The notes under the pieces are model-generated. The model was not told the origin of the DNA. It saw nothing but the letters and a program-made list of their open reading frames with translations, and ran no database searches. Positions 1 through 11,709 of a stretch of DNA of 64,000 nucleotides are shown in pieces (position 1 is the first letter of the stretch; the number at the start of each line of letters is the position of its first letter). The DNA comes from Octopus sinensis. Its lineage: Eukaryota. Made by a program: the position numbers and the translations under genes. The stretch is from the NCBI RefSeq assembly GCF_006345805.1, contig NC_043002.1, positions 18,228,001 to 18,292,000 on the forward strand. Direction: 5' to 3'.

Positions 1-518
1 AGCAGGGAATGCAATCCCTGTATGTGAGTGATGAAGCATCTTTTCAGATACATATTACTAAGTTAGCAATGAAATACAGACAGGGGCCTAGATAGATCCT
101 TAGAAGTTTCAGATCGAGTGAAGAGAAAACCGCTATTGTCCACTGGGGGTCATTTGTCCTCAGGAGCTTATATTACTGTTCCCAACTATAGTGCCACACA
201 GTATAAAGTTAATGAATGACGTGAAGCAATTAAGCATAGCTACACAAAGAATATCGTCTCAATTCGACAGGTCACGTATTGGGAAAGGCTGAAAACGTTA
301 AGACTCTTCTCTATAGAACGAAGGCGCAGGAAATACAATCAATGTTACGCAGCAGGAGTGGCTGTGTGGTAAGTAGCTTGCTTACCAACCACATGGTTCT
401 GGGTTCATTCCCACTGCGTGGCACCTTGGGCAAGTGTCTTCTACTATAGCCTCGGGCCGACCAAAGCCTTGTGAGTGGATTTGGTAGACGGAAACTGAAA
501 GAAGCCTGTGTATATATG

Positions 519-557
<39 letters not shown>

Positions 558-1157
558 TTGTGTGTCTGTGTTTGTCCCTCTAGCATTGCTTGACAACCGA
601 TGCTGGTGTGTTTATGTCCCCGTTACTTAGCGGTTCGGCAAAAGAGACCGAGAGAATAAGTACTGGGCTTACAAAAGAATAAGTCCCGGGGTCGAGTTTC
701 TCGATTAAAGGCGGTGCTCCATCATGGCCGCAGTCAAATGACTGAAACAAGTAAAAAGAAAAAAGAAAAAAAAATATGGAAAATCCTAGGACTTGTAATA
801 AATAATGGCATGAAGGTTATACAAACACCTGAATGAGGCGCCACTGCAGAGTGCCAAAGAGCCAAACGTCACTCTCAAGAAACGGGAAAATACTGCAGAA
901 GCTTGAGTTTCAAGTGTCAACAGCTTTGGAATATCTTTCAGAAGTGCCTGAGAGTCCTACATGGGGGGGGGGGATTTAGATGTCTTCAAAACAAAACTGG
1001 ATCTCTAGCTGTAAAGATTCCTGGATAAACCTATCTCACAACTGGAAATGCAAGTGAAGATCCATACCAAACTCACTAATTCACCAACTGTCACTTATCA
1101 AAAAACTAATAGCGTTACCGTAGCTCTCGAGATGAAACTAGGAAAAGAATAAGAAGA
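1..1157 (+). mobile_element. Degenerate 3' portion of a CR1/L2-type LINE (post-RT region), interrupted by a SINE
   Basis: 277-336 translates YWERLKTLRLFSIERRRRKY, resuming as IWKILGL after the SINE at ~775. 973-1002 reads DLDVFKTKLD. These match the YSLERRR and FKxKLD motifs of CR1-group ORF2 C-termini. Many stops and frameshifts. Confidence 0.65.
352..774 (+). mobile_element. tRNA-derived SINE, family A (internal TA/TG microsatellite)
   Basis: A-box-like GTGGCTGTGTGG, B-box-like GGTTCATTCCC, central microsatellite, 3' CATGGCCGCAGTCAAATGACTGAAACAAGTAAAA. Seven near-identical copies in the window. Confidence 0.9.
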
Positions 1158-1171
1158 TATAATATAATATT

Positions 1172-1460
1172 GTTTGTTCCTGCTCAAGCCATGCCTGGCT
1201 CATTAGGGCCGGTTTCCTGGTTTCCTTGGCGTATAGGTTGCCCACCTGGACGCTGGTCCGTCACAGGTGTGCGGCAAGATGAAAGAGTGAGAGAAAGTTG
1301 TGGCGAAAGAGTCAGCAGAAGTTCGCCATTACTTTCTGCCAGAGCCGCGTGGAGCTTACGTGTTTCGCTCATAAACACACAGAACGCCCAGTCTGAGATT
1401 CGAACCCGTGATCCTTCGACGCGAGTCCGCTGCTCTAACCACTAGGCCATGTGCTTCCGC
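1172..1460 (-). mobile_element. tRNA-derived SINE, head B + tail 1
   Basis: Minus strand begins GGAAGCACATGGCCTAGTGGTTAGAGCAGCGGACTCGCG...GGTTCGAATC. 14-bp TSD TATAATATAATATT at 1158-1171 and 1461-1474. Confidence 0.9.
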
Positions 1461-1861
1461 TATAATATAATATTATATATATATATATATATGGGGGGGA
1501 GGGTGTAACATATATATATATATATATAAATAAATAAATAAGTAAATATAATATATAATATGTATATATGTAAATATATATATGTATATTTAAAATTTAA
1601 ACAATTAGAGTAAAAATTGATATTAATTAGATTAATATCAATTTAAACCAGTGGCCTAGCATATTAAAAAAAATCTGAAGATTCATGCTAAATGTAGACC
1701 CCATATGGTCTGACCACTAAGAAAAATTGTTCTCAAGAAAATTCGGCAAAACGCCAGAACGTAAAGCGAGCAGGACAAATGAAAAGATACAAAATAAAGT
1801 GATTAGTCACATACCATTGTTTCATTGTTACCATTTACATTACGTAAATGTCTGCAAATCT

Positions 1862-2055
1862 TGGGGCCTAGCCGTATTTCGTCTGCCGTTACGTTCTGAG
1901 TTCAAATTCCGCCGAGATCGACTTTGCCTTTCATCCTTTCGAGGTCGATAACTTAAGTACCAGTTACGCACTGGGGTCGATATAATCAACGTCATCCGTT
2001 TGTCTGTCCGTGTTTGTTCTCTCTGTGTTTAGCCCCTTGTGGATAGTAAGAAATA
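1862..2055 (+). mobile_element. SINE family C, 5'-truncated, tail C1
   Basis: GTTCTGAGTTCAAATTCCGCCGAG-TCGACTTTGCCTTTCATCCTTTCG core shared by more than 15 copies in the window. The core resembles the Deu/Nin SINE central domain as I recall it. Confidence 0.85.
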
Positions 2056-2136
2056 TATACATATATAGATATATATATATAATATATAATATATAATAGA
2101 GAGAGATATATATAATATATATATAATATATATATA

Positions 2137-2168
<32 letters not shown>

Positions 2169-2169
<1 letters not shown>

Positions 2170-2558
2170 CTCTTTTACTCTTTTACTTGTTTCAGTCATT
2201 TGACTGCGGCCATGCTGGAGCACCACCTTTAGTCGAGCAACTCGACCCGGGACTTATTCTTTGTAAGCCCAGTACTAATTCTGTCGGTCTCTTTTGCCGA
2301 ACCGCTAAGTGACGGGGACATAAACACACCAGCATCGGTTGTCAAGCAATACTAGGGGGACAAACAAACACGCACATATATATATATATACATATATACG
2401 ACGGGCTTCTTTCAGTTTCCGTCTACCAAATCCACTCACAAGGCTTTGGTCGGCCCGAGGCCATAGTAGAAGACACTTGCCCAAGGTGCCACGCAGTGGG
2501 ACTGAACCCGGAACCATGTGGTTGGTAAGCAAGCTACTTACCACACAGCCACTCTTAT
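2169..2558 (-). mobile_element. SINE family A
   Basis: Reverse-complement match to 352-774; its tail abuts a (TA)n tract at ~2040-2168. Confidence 0.9.
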
Positions 2559-2715
2559 GTATGTATATGTCAGTATATACAAACGTATGTTTGTTAGGGA
2601 GTAAGTGTTAGGGGTCAGTGTCAGGGATTTAGTAGTTAGATGGCTAGCTTGAATATGACTGACACCTGAATGTGAGTGTGTATAGTAGAATGAAATTCGT
2701 CTGCATAGCACTGAT

Positions 2716-2850
2716 GTGTATGTATGTATGTATGTATGTTTGTATGTTTGTATGTATGTATGTATGTATGTATGTATGTATGTATGTATGTATGTATGTA
2801 TAAATGTATGTATGTGCGAGTGAGTGAATGAATGAATGAATGAATGAATC
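2716..2850. repeat. (TATG)n followed by (GAAT)n microsatellite
   Basis: Direct reading. Confidence 0.95.
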
Positions 2851-3719
2851 GTTATAGATTCGTGTTTATATCTCTAATAGTTGGTGCACTTAAGTTTGTG
2901 AGTAGATTTTATGTGGTTATCTGAAAAAGCTTTTTTTTGAAAAATAAATCAACCAGCTAAGACGCACATAAGTATAATCTGTAAGGGAACAGTAAAAATA
3001 CGCAAGACTTCTCTCAAGTTAAATATGTGACATTGTTTTCGTAATCTACATTCCAATGGTGGGGCTTTGTATCTTTGTTAGAAGCGAGCTCCATCCTTAC
3101 AGGACGCCAAATAATTAAAAGCGGAGGAGAACACATACATGAATATATACGTGATAGTAAAACTGATTGAATAAAATGTTCGTTCTTATATTCATCAGGT
3201 TTTGTTAGCGTCAATGGCTTTTCACTAAAGATTCTTTAATTTTTGTTTTGAAATATTCCTGAAAATCTATTTATCTTTTAGGTAAGGTGAGTGGAATTTA
3301 TTTCTAGCATGTTTGTTAATCTTATAAACTTGCGAAACTATTGTTTTCTCTTTCCCTAGAAATTTACGAATTTTCTAAAATTCTTTCGACAGAGCTGTTT
3401 CTTTTAAAAGCAATTTAACTTTGGTAATGGAATCGTTAGGTGCTAATATTATGAGCGAAAAACAATCAAATTCAAAAGAATAGACCGCTGAAAGCACAAA
3501 CACTCCAGGTTATCACTTATCAAATGTAGCGCTGATGCTGGCATAGGTATGAATGAGATGGAAAGAAGTAGGAAAATATTATCTACTGTAGATTCATCAT
3601 TGCCCATATCTTTCAATAAAACTTGATAGTTGGAAACTGTGTGGAAGCCTTTCATATGTATATATTTATGTCACTATCATATATGTTCGTCCGTTTATTT
3701 TGTTATGTAATGCCTGTGT

Positions 3720-3980
3720 GTGGAGGCGTGTGGCTTAGTGGTTAGGGTGTCAGCATCATGATCATGAGATTGTGGTTTCGATTCCTGGACCGGGCGACTT
3801 GTTGTGTTCTTGAGCAAAACACTTCATTTCACGTTGCTCCAGTCCACTCAGCTGGCAAAAATGAGTAACGCTGCGATGGACTAGTGTCCCGTGCAGCGGG
3901 GGAATACATACGCCATTGAAACCGAGAAACCGAGCCCATAAGCCTGGCTAGGATTTAAAAGGGCGCATTTTTTAATTATT
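3720..3980 (+). mobile_element. tRNA-derived SINE, head E + tail 1
   Basis: GGAGGCGTGTGGCTTAGTGGTTAGGG...GGTTTCGATTCC head. Tail GCTGCGATGGACTAGTGTCCCGT...AAAAGGGCGCAT is shared with 61716-61830. 12-bp TSD TAATGCCTGTGT at 3708-3719 and 3981-3992. Confidence 0.85.
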
Positions 3981-4199
3981 TAATGCCTGTGTATGTGTTT
4001 TCACATCATTGTAAGCTTCCATCCACCTAATACATCTTCCGTTTCTTCATTGTTACTTCAAAATTAATACTTCCCTTCATCTTTGTCCTTGGATGTATGT
4101 TGGTAGCGGTTATCTCCTTCCTTCATTTTATTTTCCTAAATGTTAAGATCGCACTATTTAAGGTAATTAGTCTTTATACGTATCTTACGTATATTTGGT

Positions 4200-4370
4200 A
4201 TTTTATCTTTTCCTCGAGTATGGTCATGCTAACACACCACCTTGAAGGATTTAGCAGAACAAAGCAACCCCAGTACTTATATGTTCAGCCTTGTACTTAT
4301 TTTATCGGCTTCTTTGCCGAACCGCTATGTTAGGTAAACGTAAACAAATCAGTACCAGTTTTCAAGGGAC
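4200..4370 (-). mobile_element. Decayed 3' half of an older family A-like SINE
   Basis: Degenerate match to the CATGCT..CACCACC..CCCCAGTACTTAT..TTTGCCGAACCGCTA segment of family A. Confidence 0.5.
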
Positions 4371-4385
4371 AGCGGATAGAACTGA

Positions 4386-4704
4386 TACTCCGTCGGTTAC
4401 GACGACGAGGGTTTCTGTTGATCTGATCAACGAAACAGCCTACTCGTATAATTAACTTCCAAGTGGCTGAGCACTCCACAGACACGCGTAAACTTAATGC
4501 AGTTCTCAGAGAGATTCAGCGTGGTACAGAATGTGACAAAGCTGGCCCTTTGAAATACAGGTACAACTCATTTTTGCCAGCTGAGTGAACTGGAGCAAAG
4601 TGAAATAAAGTGTCTTGCTAACGGACACAACGCGCCGTCGGGATTAGAACTTACAACCTTATGATCGTCATGTGAATGCCCTAATCACTAAGCCAAACAC
4701 CTTC
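4386..4704 (-). mobile_element. SINE, head E + tail 2
   Basis: 4565-4704 is the reverse complement of the head at 3722-3865. 4386-4565 is the reverse complement of tail 2 (TGTATTTCAAAGGGCC...GTCGTAACCGACGGAGT) seen at 5210-5388. Confidence 0.85.
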
Positions 4705-5007
4705 AAGCTCCAGATGTGACTGAACCATACCTCTCAGTGTAGAACAACGAACTAACATATCTCCATAAAAGGATAAATGTTGCATAAAAGTGTAACTCCT
4801 CCGTAAACATTCATCGATGAATAAGCACTGGATGAATTATTACAGCTGAGGCAGCAAAATATCAACGCAAACGATTTTTCCACCCCCACACTGTTTGGTC
4901 AAAGATTCCAGAAGGGTGGTTATCAGCTGGGAAGCTATGAGCTTGTCTCAATAAGTTGTTCTCTCCCATGGCTTACTCGCTTATAATTAACATGCTTATC
5001 TCCTCCG

Positions 5008-5391
5008 TTGAGGCGCAATGGCCTAGTGGTTAGGGCAGCAGACTCGCGGTCTTCGGATTGTGGTTTCGATTTCCAGACCGGGCTTTGTGAGTGTTTATTG
5101 AGCGGAAACACCTAAAGCTCCACGAGGCTCCGGCATGGGGCGGTGATGAACCCTGCTGTACTCTTTCACCACAACTTTCTCTCACTCTTTCTTCCTGTTT
5201 CTGTTGTACCGGTATTTCAAGGGGCCAGCCTTGTCACACTCTGTGTCACGCTGAATTTCCCCGAGAACTACGTTAAGGGTACACGTGTCTGTGGAGTGCT
5301 CAACCACTTGCACGTTAACTTCACGAGCAGGCTGTTCTGTTGATCGGATCAACTGGAACACTCGTCGTCGTAACCGACGAAGTGCCATCAA
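5008..5391 (+). mobile_element. SINE, head B + tail 2
   Basis: tRNA-like head GAGGCGCAATGGCCTAGTGGTTAGGGCAGC. 11-bp TSD TATCTCCTCCG at 4997-5007 and 5392-5402. Confidence 0.9.
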
Positions 5392-5603
5392 TATCTCCTC
5401 CGCAAAAACCCTCAACAAATAAGCACTGGATGAATTATTACAAGTGAGGCAGCAAAACGCCAACGGAAGCGATTTCCCCATACCACCACCACCACCACAC
5501 TGTTTGGTCGAAGATTCCAGAAGAGTGGTTATCAGCTATAAAAGGGCTGACAAATTCCGCCTCAGGCTAAAGAGCCACGACACTGTATCTCGGAAGTTAT
5601 ACC

Positions 5604-5831
5604 TATTTCTTTATTACCCACAAGGGGCTAAACATAGAGGGGACAAACAAGGACAGACATAGGTATTAAGTCGATAACATCGACCCAGTGCGTAACTGGT
5701 ACTTAATTTATCGACCCCAAAAGGATGAAAGGCAAAGTCGACCTCGGCGGAATTTGAACTCACAACGTATCGCAGACGAAATACCGCTAAGCATTTCGCC
5801 CGGCGTGCTAACGTTTCTGCCAGCTCGCCGC
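5604..5831 (-). mobile_element. Full-length SINE family C, tail C1
   Basis: 15-bp TSD CTCGGAAGTTATACC at 5589-5603 and 5832-5846. Confidence 0.9.
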
Positions 5832-6288
5832 CTCGGAAGTTATACCGCTTATCTCAATGAGTTGTTCTCACCCCCGACTTATTCACTTTTAAGCAACAGG
5901 CTTAATGTCGTAATCAACAAAAGCCACCAAGCTTTATTTGTAGTGTCCTGTAACACATTAATTATATGGAGTGATTAATTTCCTTTTACTACATTCAATA
6001 CATTATAATGCAAATTATATACAGCATATTCCTAACCTTTAAGTTCACTGAACATTGATCTATTAACTTATTTTATGTACATTTCTAATATAATAAAGCC
6101 GGTACTTATATAACAGTTGGAAATACAAACTTTACTGTGCTCATCGTTTACACACGCAAACTTCCAAACTTGTGAACAGCCTCAGAATATATGACTAACT
6201 ACAACACTAAAAATGAATGTTGATTCGGTGGCGGCAAATTGACACAATCTTGAGAGCATCGGAAAAATGCTTCGAGCATAAGATCTGG

Positions 6289-6715
6289 CTCTTTTACTCT
6301 TTTACTTTTTTACTCTTTTACTTGTTTCAGTCATTTGACTGCGGCCATGCTGGAGCATCGCCTTTAGTCGAGCAAATCGTCCCCCGGGACTTATTCTTTG
6401 TAAGCCCAGTACTTATTCTATCGGTCTCTTTTGCCGAACCGCTAAGTGACGGGGACGTAAACACACCAGCATCGGTTGTCAAGCAATGCTAGGGAGACAA
6501 ACACAGAAACACAAACACACACACATACACATACATATATATACATATATACGACAGGCTTCTTTCAGTTTCCGTCTACCAAATCCACCCACAAGGCATT
6601 GGTCGGCCCGGGGCTATAGCAGAAGACACTTGCCCATGATGCCACGCAATGGGATTGAACCCGGAGCCATGTGGTTGGTAAGCAAGCTACTTACCACACA
6701 GCCACTCCTGCGCCT
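6289..6715 (-). mobile_element. Full-length SINE family A
   Basis: Reverse-complement match to 352-774, including the AGGCGCAGGAGTGGC start. Confidence 0.9.
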
Positions 6716-6829
6716 AATCACGTTCTGAATTCATTGATACCAACTTTGCTTTACCCTAAAAAATTTCGTCCTTGTGCTTAAATTTAGAAACATTTATAAT
6801 GTGACTGTAATTAATATTTGTTATTTACT

Positions 6830-7040
6830 GAGGCGGTGATTTGGTATGGCGGACAGAAAGCTTTGCAGCATTTCGTCTGCCAGCTCGCTGCATATTCAAA
6901 TTCTGCCGAATTCGACTTCGCCTTTCATCCCTTCGGGAACTATAATATAAGTACCAGTTGAGTACTGAGGTCGACGTAATCGACTTACCGACTCCACCGA
7001 AATTGCTGGCCTCGTGCCAAAATTTGAACCAATACTTGTA
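6830..7040 (+). mobile_element. Diverged SINE family C, tail C2
   Basis: Family C core followed by CGACTTACC...GGCCTCGTGCCAAAATTTGAA. Confidence 0.7.
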
Positions 7041-7167
7041 ATTCACTGAGAGGAATTTATTGTTTGCGTATGTGATGTATGTGGGCAAGTGTGTGTCAGC
7101 CATCGATGCACATACGGGCAAGAAAATTTTCCGATAAAGATTTAATCGAACATAAATACTTTTTAGC

Positions 7168-7380
7168 ATTCATTCTGACCGAGTCGCCGAGACTCGACCC
7201 GGTCGCTTTAACCATCAGAAATACAGTGAAACAGTGCTTGGCCTGTTAGAAACACAACCAACGCCGTTAATTTTGCCAAAATCCTCGATGTAAAATAAAA
7301 TAAAAAGAACAATCAAAATGTAGGAAATTTAATTATCTTAAGATAAAATTCTTGAAATAACTTTTTTTTCTTTTCGAAAA
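7168..7380 (+). repeat. Unclassified interspersed repeat with GC hairpin; inverted copy at 9165-9293
   Basis: ATTCATTCTG.CCGA.T.GCCGAGA.TCGA...GGTCGCTTTAA and AATTATCTTAAGATAAAATTCTTGAAATAA occur in both copies, in opposite orientation. Confidence 0.65.
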
Positions 7381-7539
7381 TGATATTTACGTCTATGTTG
7401 AGTAGGGAAATGACATTCAAAGGTGAAAAAAGTAAATTCCCATGAAACGGTGAAGTCTGACAAACAAAAGTTTAAGAATTTTGTTTTAATTAACTTATTT
7501 GGAATTCAGCAAATTTGTTTAATTACCTTAATTATAAAT

Positions 7540-7603
7540 TCCTCCATCTCTCTCACTCTCTCTCTCTCTCTCTTCCTTTCACTTACATACATACATATGT
7601 GTG

Positions 7604-7664
<61 letters not shown>

Positions 7665-7668
7665 TATG

Positions 7669-7701
<33 letters not shown>

Positions 7702-7864
7702 TATATGTATATATATATAGATATATATATATATATAGATATATAGATATATAGATATATATACATATGTATATTTGTATAAATGTATGTATGTATATAA
7801 GTGTATATACGTATATATTCATGCATATATATATGTATATATACATATACATATATACATATAT

Positions 7865-7902
<38 letters not shown>

Positions 7903-7960
7903 CTTGCAAACACATATACATATATTGTATATGTACGTGTGCACTAGTTTGTGTATATGT
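7540..7960. repeat. Compound (CT)n/(TA)n/(TG)n microsatellite
   Basis: Direct reading. Confidence 0.95.
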
Positions 7961-8044
7961 ATGTACCTAACTACATTTATGTATGAGTGTGGGATTAGTT
8001 CTCTGAGTCAATACTTTTACCAAACTATTTTGCATTCAGCCTTC

Positions 8045-8630
<586 letters not shown>

Positions 8631-8631
<1 letters not shown>

Positions 8632-8822
8632 AAGGTGACGAACTGTCGGAATCTTTAGGACGCGAAACAAAATGTTTATTATTTATAAACAAAATGTTTA
8701 TTATTTATAAACAAAATATTTATAAATGCCGCTATTTAACAAAATGTTAAATAGCGGCATTTTGTCTGTCTTCGTGTTCTAAGTTCAAATTCCTCCGAAG
8801 TCGACTTTGACCATCCTTTTGG
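8631..8822 (+). mobile_element. Diverged SINE family C head containing a templated insertion
   Basis: AAGGTGACGAACTGTCGGAATC head and GTTCTAAGTTCAAATTCCTCCGAAGTCGACTTTG core, with extra locally copied sequence at 8665-8744. Confidence 0.65.
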
Positions 8823-8829
8823 CACCCAC

Positions 8830-9620
8830 CTCCCCGTGATTGTAGAGGGTAGAAGGCCAACGTTCCCCACATGTGGGGCAAAAGAGCACCTAAAGTCTTT
8901 CTACCCTCACCAGACCATCAAACATATTCGGTACCCAGCTCTCCTGCCTACGCCACAACCCACGCTGGCACCATCAACGGTCACATTACCACCAAAACCG
9001 CTACCAAAATCAACAACAGCAACAGCAGTAACAGTAGCAAGACCTGTATCACCATCTATCAACACCAACATGCATAGCAACCCCACAAATAGAGGACGTG
9101 GCCCTCCCCGACTTAGCACAACCAGAGACATGGTATGTAGCAGTGAGGGGAAGAAACGAAAAAAATCGCGAAAAAAAAATATTATTTCAAGAATTTTATC
9201 TTAAGATAATTATATTTCCTTTGTACATTTTTATCGTTTTTATTCTATTTTAAAGCGACCAGATCGAATCTCGGCAAGTCGGGCAGAATGAATAAAAACG
9301 AAAAACAAGAAAAAAGTAGACAATTCGCCCATAAAATAGGCAAGTTAGAAACACAGAAATATATGACACACAACACCAACACCATTCTCCACAGCACAAT
9401 CTGATTCACCATCACCACCACCACCACCATCAGCAACACCACCACCACAATCAGCAGCACTACCAAGCTGACCTCCACAACCAGAATCAACATCGCAACA
9501 GACAACATCCGGAACCCATCAAAAAATCTTCGTCTACAACAAAAACGACAGCAAATACAACAAATTGACACAAACTTCACACACTACACAGCAATAACCA
9601 TTAACAACAACACATTATCA
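8830..9620 (+). pseudogene. Possible LINE ORF1/gag-like relic: degenerate zinc knuckle plus Pro/Thr/Gln/His-rich region
   Basis: ORF 8836-9204 has IVEGRRPTFPTCGAKEHLKSFYP, spaced like Cx2Cx4Hx4C with two Cys lost. Low-complexity sequence follows. Adjacent to RLE retroelement fragments. Confidence 0.35.
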
Positions 9621-9639
9621 ATCACAGACTAAGGGTGGC

Positions 9640-9860
9640 ATTTATACCAGTTAGCAAGTGTGTCGATTTGGCAGTGCTCACAAAAACAAAACAATCTCGA
9701 ATATTGTAAGTGGGTGTAGCAAGCTGACCCAAAAACACTACAAAAGGAGGCACGATAGCGTGGCTAAGTTTGTTCAATGTACGGCCTCGATAGACCACGG
9801 AAATGTTACGAATATGAACCAGAAGGAGCCACCAGGAACAAGAAATATAAGATACTGAAC
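9640..9860 (+). mobile_element. RLE non-LTR retrotransposon fragment (CCHC/RHD region)
   Basis: ORF 9658-9858: CRFG..TISNIVSGCSKLTQKHYKRRHDSVAKFV. Confidence 0.75.
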
Positions 9861-10500
9861 GCTCGGTCATGTTTGCTCTGGTTGATTCTGTGAGAGCGGA
9901 CAGCAGCCTGTTGTTAAGGGTCTCTCAGGGTCCCTTTCCGTACAATATAGCTCTGATAATTGGTTGTTAATTATGGTAGAAGACATTCGACACCCATGTC
10001 AAAGTCCTAGTTGTCCCCAGCAGAATAGTATTTTAGGCTTCTTCTGCTCTCATGTCAATTCCAGTTTCTCTTACATATTTCTCTAGCATATTTGTTAGTG
10101 TACCGAGTGCCCCTACAACTACTAAGATGATAGACACACTACTCATAGTCCACATTCTTGCATTTACGTCTTTTAATAGTTTGTACTTTCCCATCTTTTC
10201 GAGTTCTTTGTCACATATGCGTGCATCCCCAAGTATTGCAATATCCATAATCTTGATTCCCTTTTTTCCTTCATCTACCACACCAATGTCTGGTCTTTGA
10301 GCATCGTTTAGGGAGCCACATTGGATTCTAAAATCTCGCAGTATTTTATATTCCTTGTTCTCGATGGCTTTTTCTGGTTTATATTCGCATCGTTTCCGTG
10401 CTGTCCACAGTGAACGAGCTTAGCCACGTTATTGTGCCTCCTTTTGTAGTGTTTTTTCGGCCAGCTTGCTACACTCACTCATAATATGCGTGATCGCTTA
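9861..10500 (-). mobile_element. RLE non-LTR retrotransposon 3' fragment (endonuclease and 3' UTR)
   Basis: Minus strand reads KHYKRRHNNVAK, QRPDIGVVD..IMDIAILGD..KELEKMGKYKLL..MW..VVVGALG; PD-(D/E)xK-type motifs. Confidence 0.8.
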
Positions 10501-10733
10501 GTATTTGCTGTCACATATCCTACAAAGGGGGCGATTCGCTGCTCCGATCTATTTGGAATTTGGTGCAATTAGCTCTATTATTATTATTCCTGTTATTGTT
10601 GTTATCGTTGTCGTTGTTGTCAGGAGAATTATTATTATGCATCAGGACAATTATTATTATTAATATTAATATCATCACCATTATCGTCGTCGTCGTCTTC
10701 GTTGTTGTTGCTGTTGTTATAATCAACATTATC

Positions 10734-10771
<38 letters not shown>

Positions 10772-10821
10772 AAACAGTAGTAGTTTTATTTTTATTATTA
10801 TTATGAATATTATTATTATTA

Positions 10822-10931
<110 letters not shown>

Positions 10932-11485
10932 GAGTGAGAGAGCAGTTCATGCCATCAAAGTGACACTGGGGTAAAATATACGAAGCCCAATATACCCATC
11001 ATGACTACCCGTCTGATAAAGGTACACCAGGCACATGCATCACAACCATATGTGCGCGACATGGTGATCTCATATCAAGATAAACAGCACATGACCTTGC
11101 AGGTGGGGCCCAGTTAGAATTTTCTTCAGGTTGAGTAGCCCATCCTGCTCAAAAGGTCCCTGATTAAGGGTTGCTTTAGGATGATGAACGAAACACCTAT
11201 GTTTCCAGAGGTGAACCATTCAAACTCCAAAGAATCCCTCTCAACACATGGCTATGATGCTCCCCCACTACTTCTGCTCGTGATCAGAGATGCACGTATT
11301 GTCAGCCACTAAGGGACATGCTCAACTGGTTACGGTCAAACAACTGACAAGCAAATCTGTGGTATTGAGCAGAATATTTGCTGTAGCCCATCTTTTATAC
11401 CAAGACAAAACAATGTACATGATAACACTTCCAATCAGTTAAGATCAGAAGCCATGAGAGCCACTGCCTGGTACTGCATCAGGGC
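10932..11485 (-). mobile_element. Family F: ~555-bp interspersed element embedded in (ATT)n
   Basis: Four homologous copies (10932, 25701, 52281, 58225), each flanked by ATT-type tracts. Strand is inferred from the truncation pattern. Confidence 0.8.
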
Positions 11486-11516
11486 ATTATTATTATTATG
11501 AATATTATTATTATTA

Positions 11517-11568
<52 letters not shown>

Positions 11569-11608
11569 TATTATTATTATTATTATTATTGTTATTATTA
11601 TTATTATA

Positions 11609-11643
<35 letters not shown>

Positions 11644-11663
11644 TACTATTATTATTATTATTA

Positions 11664-11709
<46 letters not shown>

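Larger units (their letters stand above)
4795..5900. repeat. Old diverged direct duplication (~205-bp unit), second unit interrupted by two SINEs
   Basis: AATAAGCACTGGATGAATTATTACA, CCACACTGTTTGGTC.AAGATTCCAGAAG.GTGGTTATCAGCT and TCTCAAT.AGTTGTTCTC each occur twice, in the same order. Confidence 0.7.

Noticed and set aside
311-586. Recurrent ~90-aa ORFs (TRLWSARG..RRHLPKV, MFIERKHLKLH.., MRNWYL..RPRKDERQSRPR..)
   Set aside because: They recur only because they are frames of SINE families A, B and C; no sign of coding constraint.
3014-3655. Protein-like frames, including plus-strand CSADAGIGMNEMERSRKILSTVDSSLPISFNKT (faintly Mutator-transposase-like)
   Set aside because: Short, stop-interrupted, no consistent splice sites; the resemblance is too weak without a search.
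5008-5080. tRNA genes at the B, E and A heads
   Set aside because: A/B boxes are present, but the sequence continues into SINE body with a TSD and no complete acceptor stem is evident.
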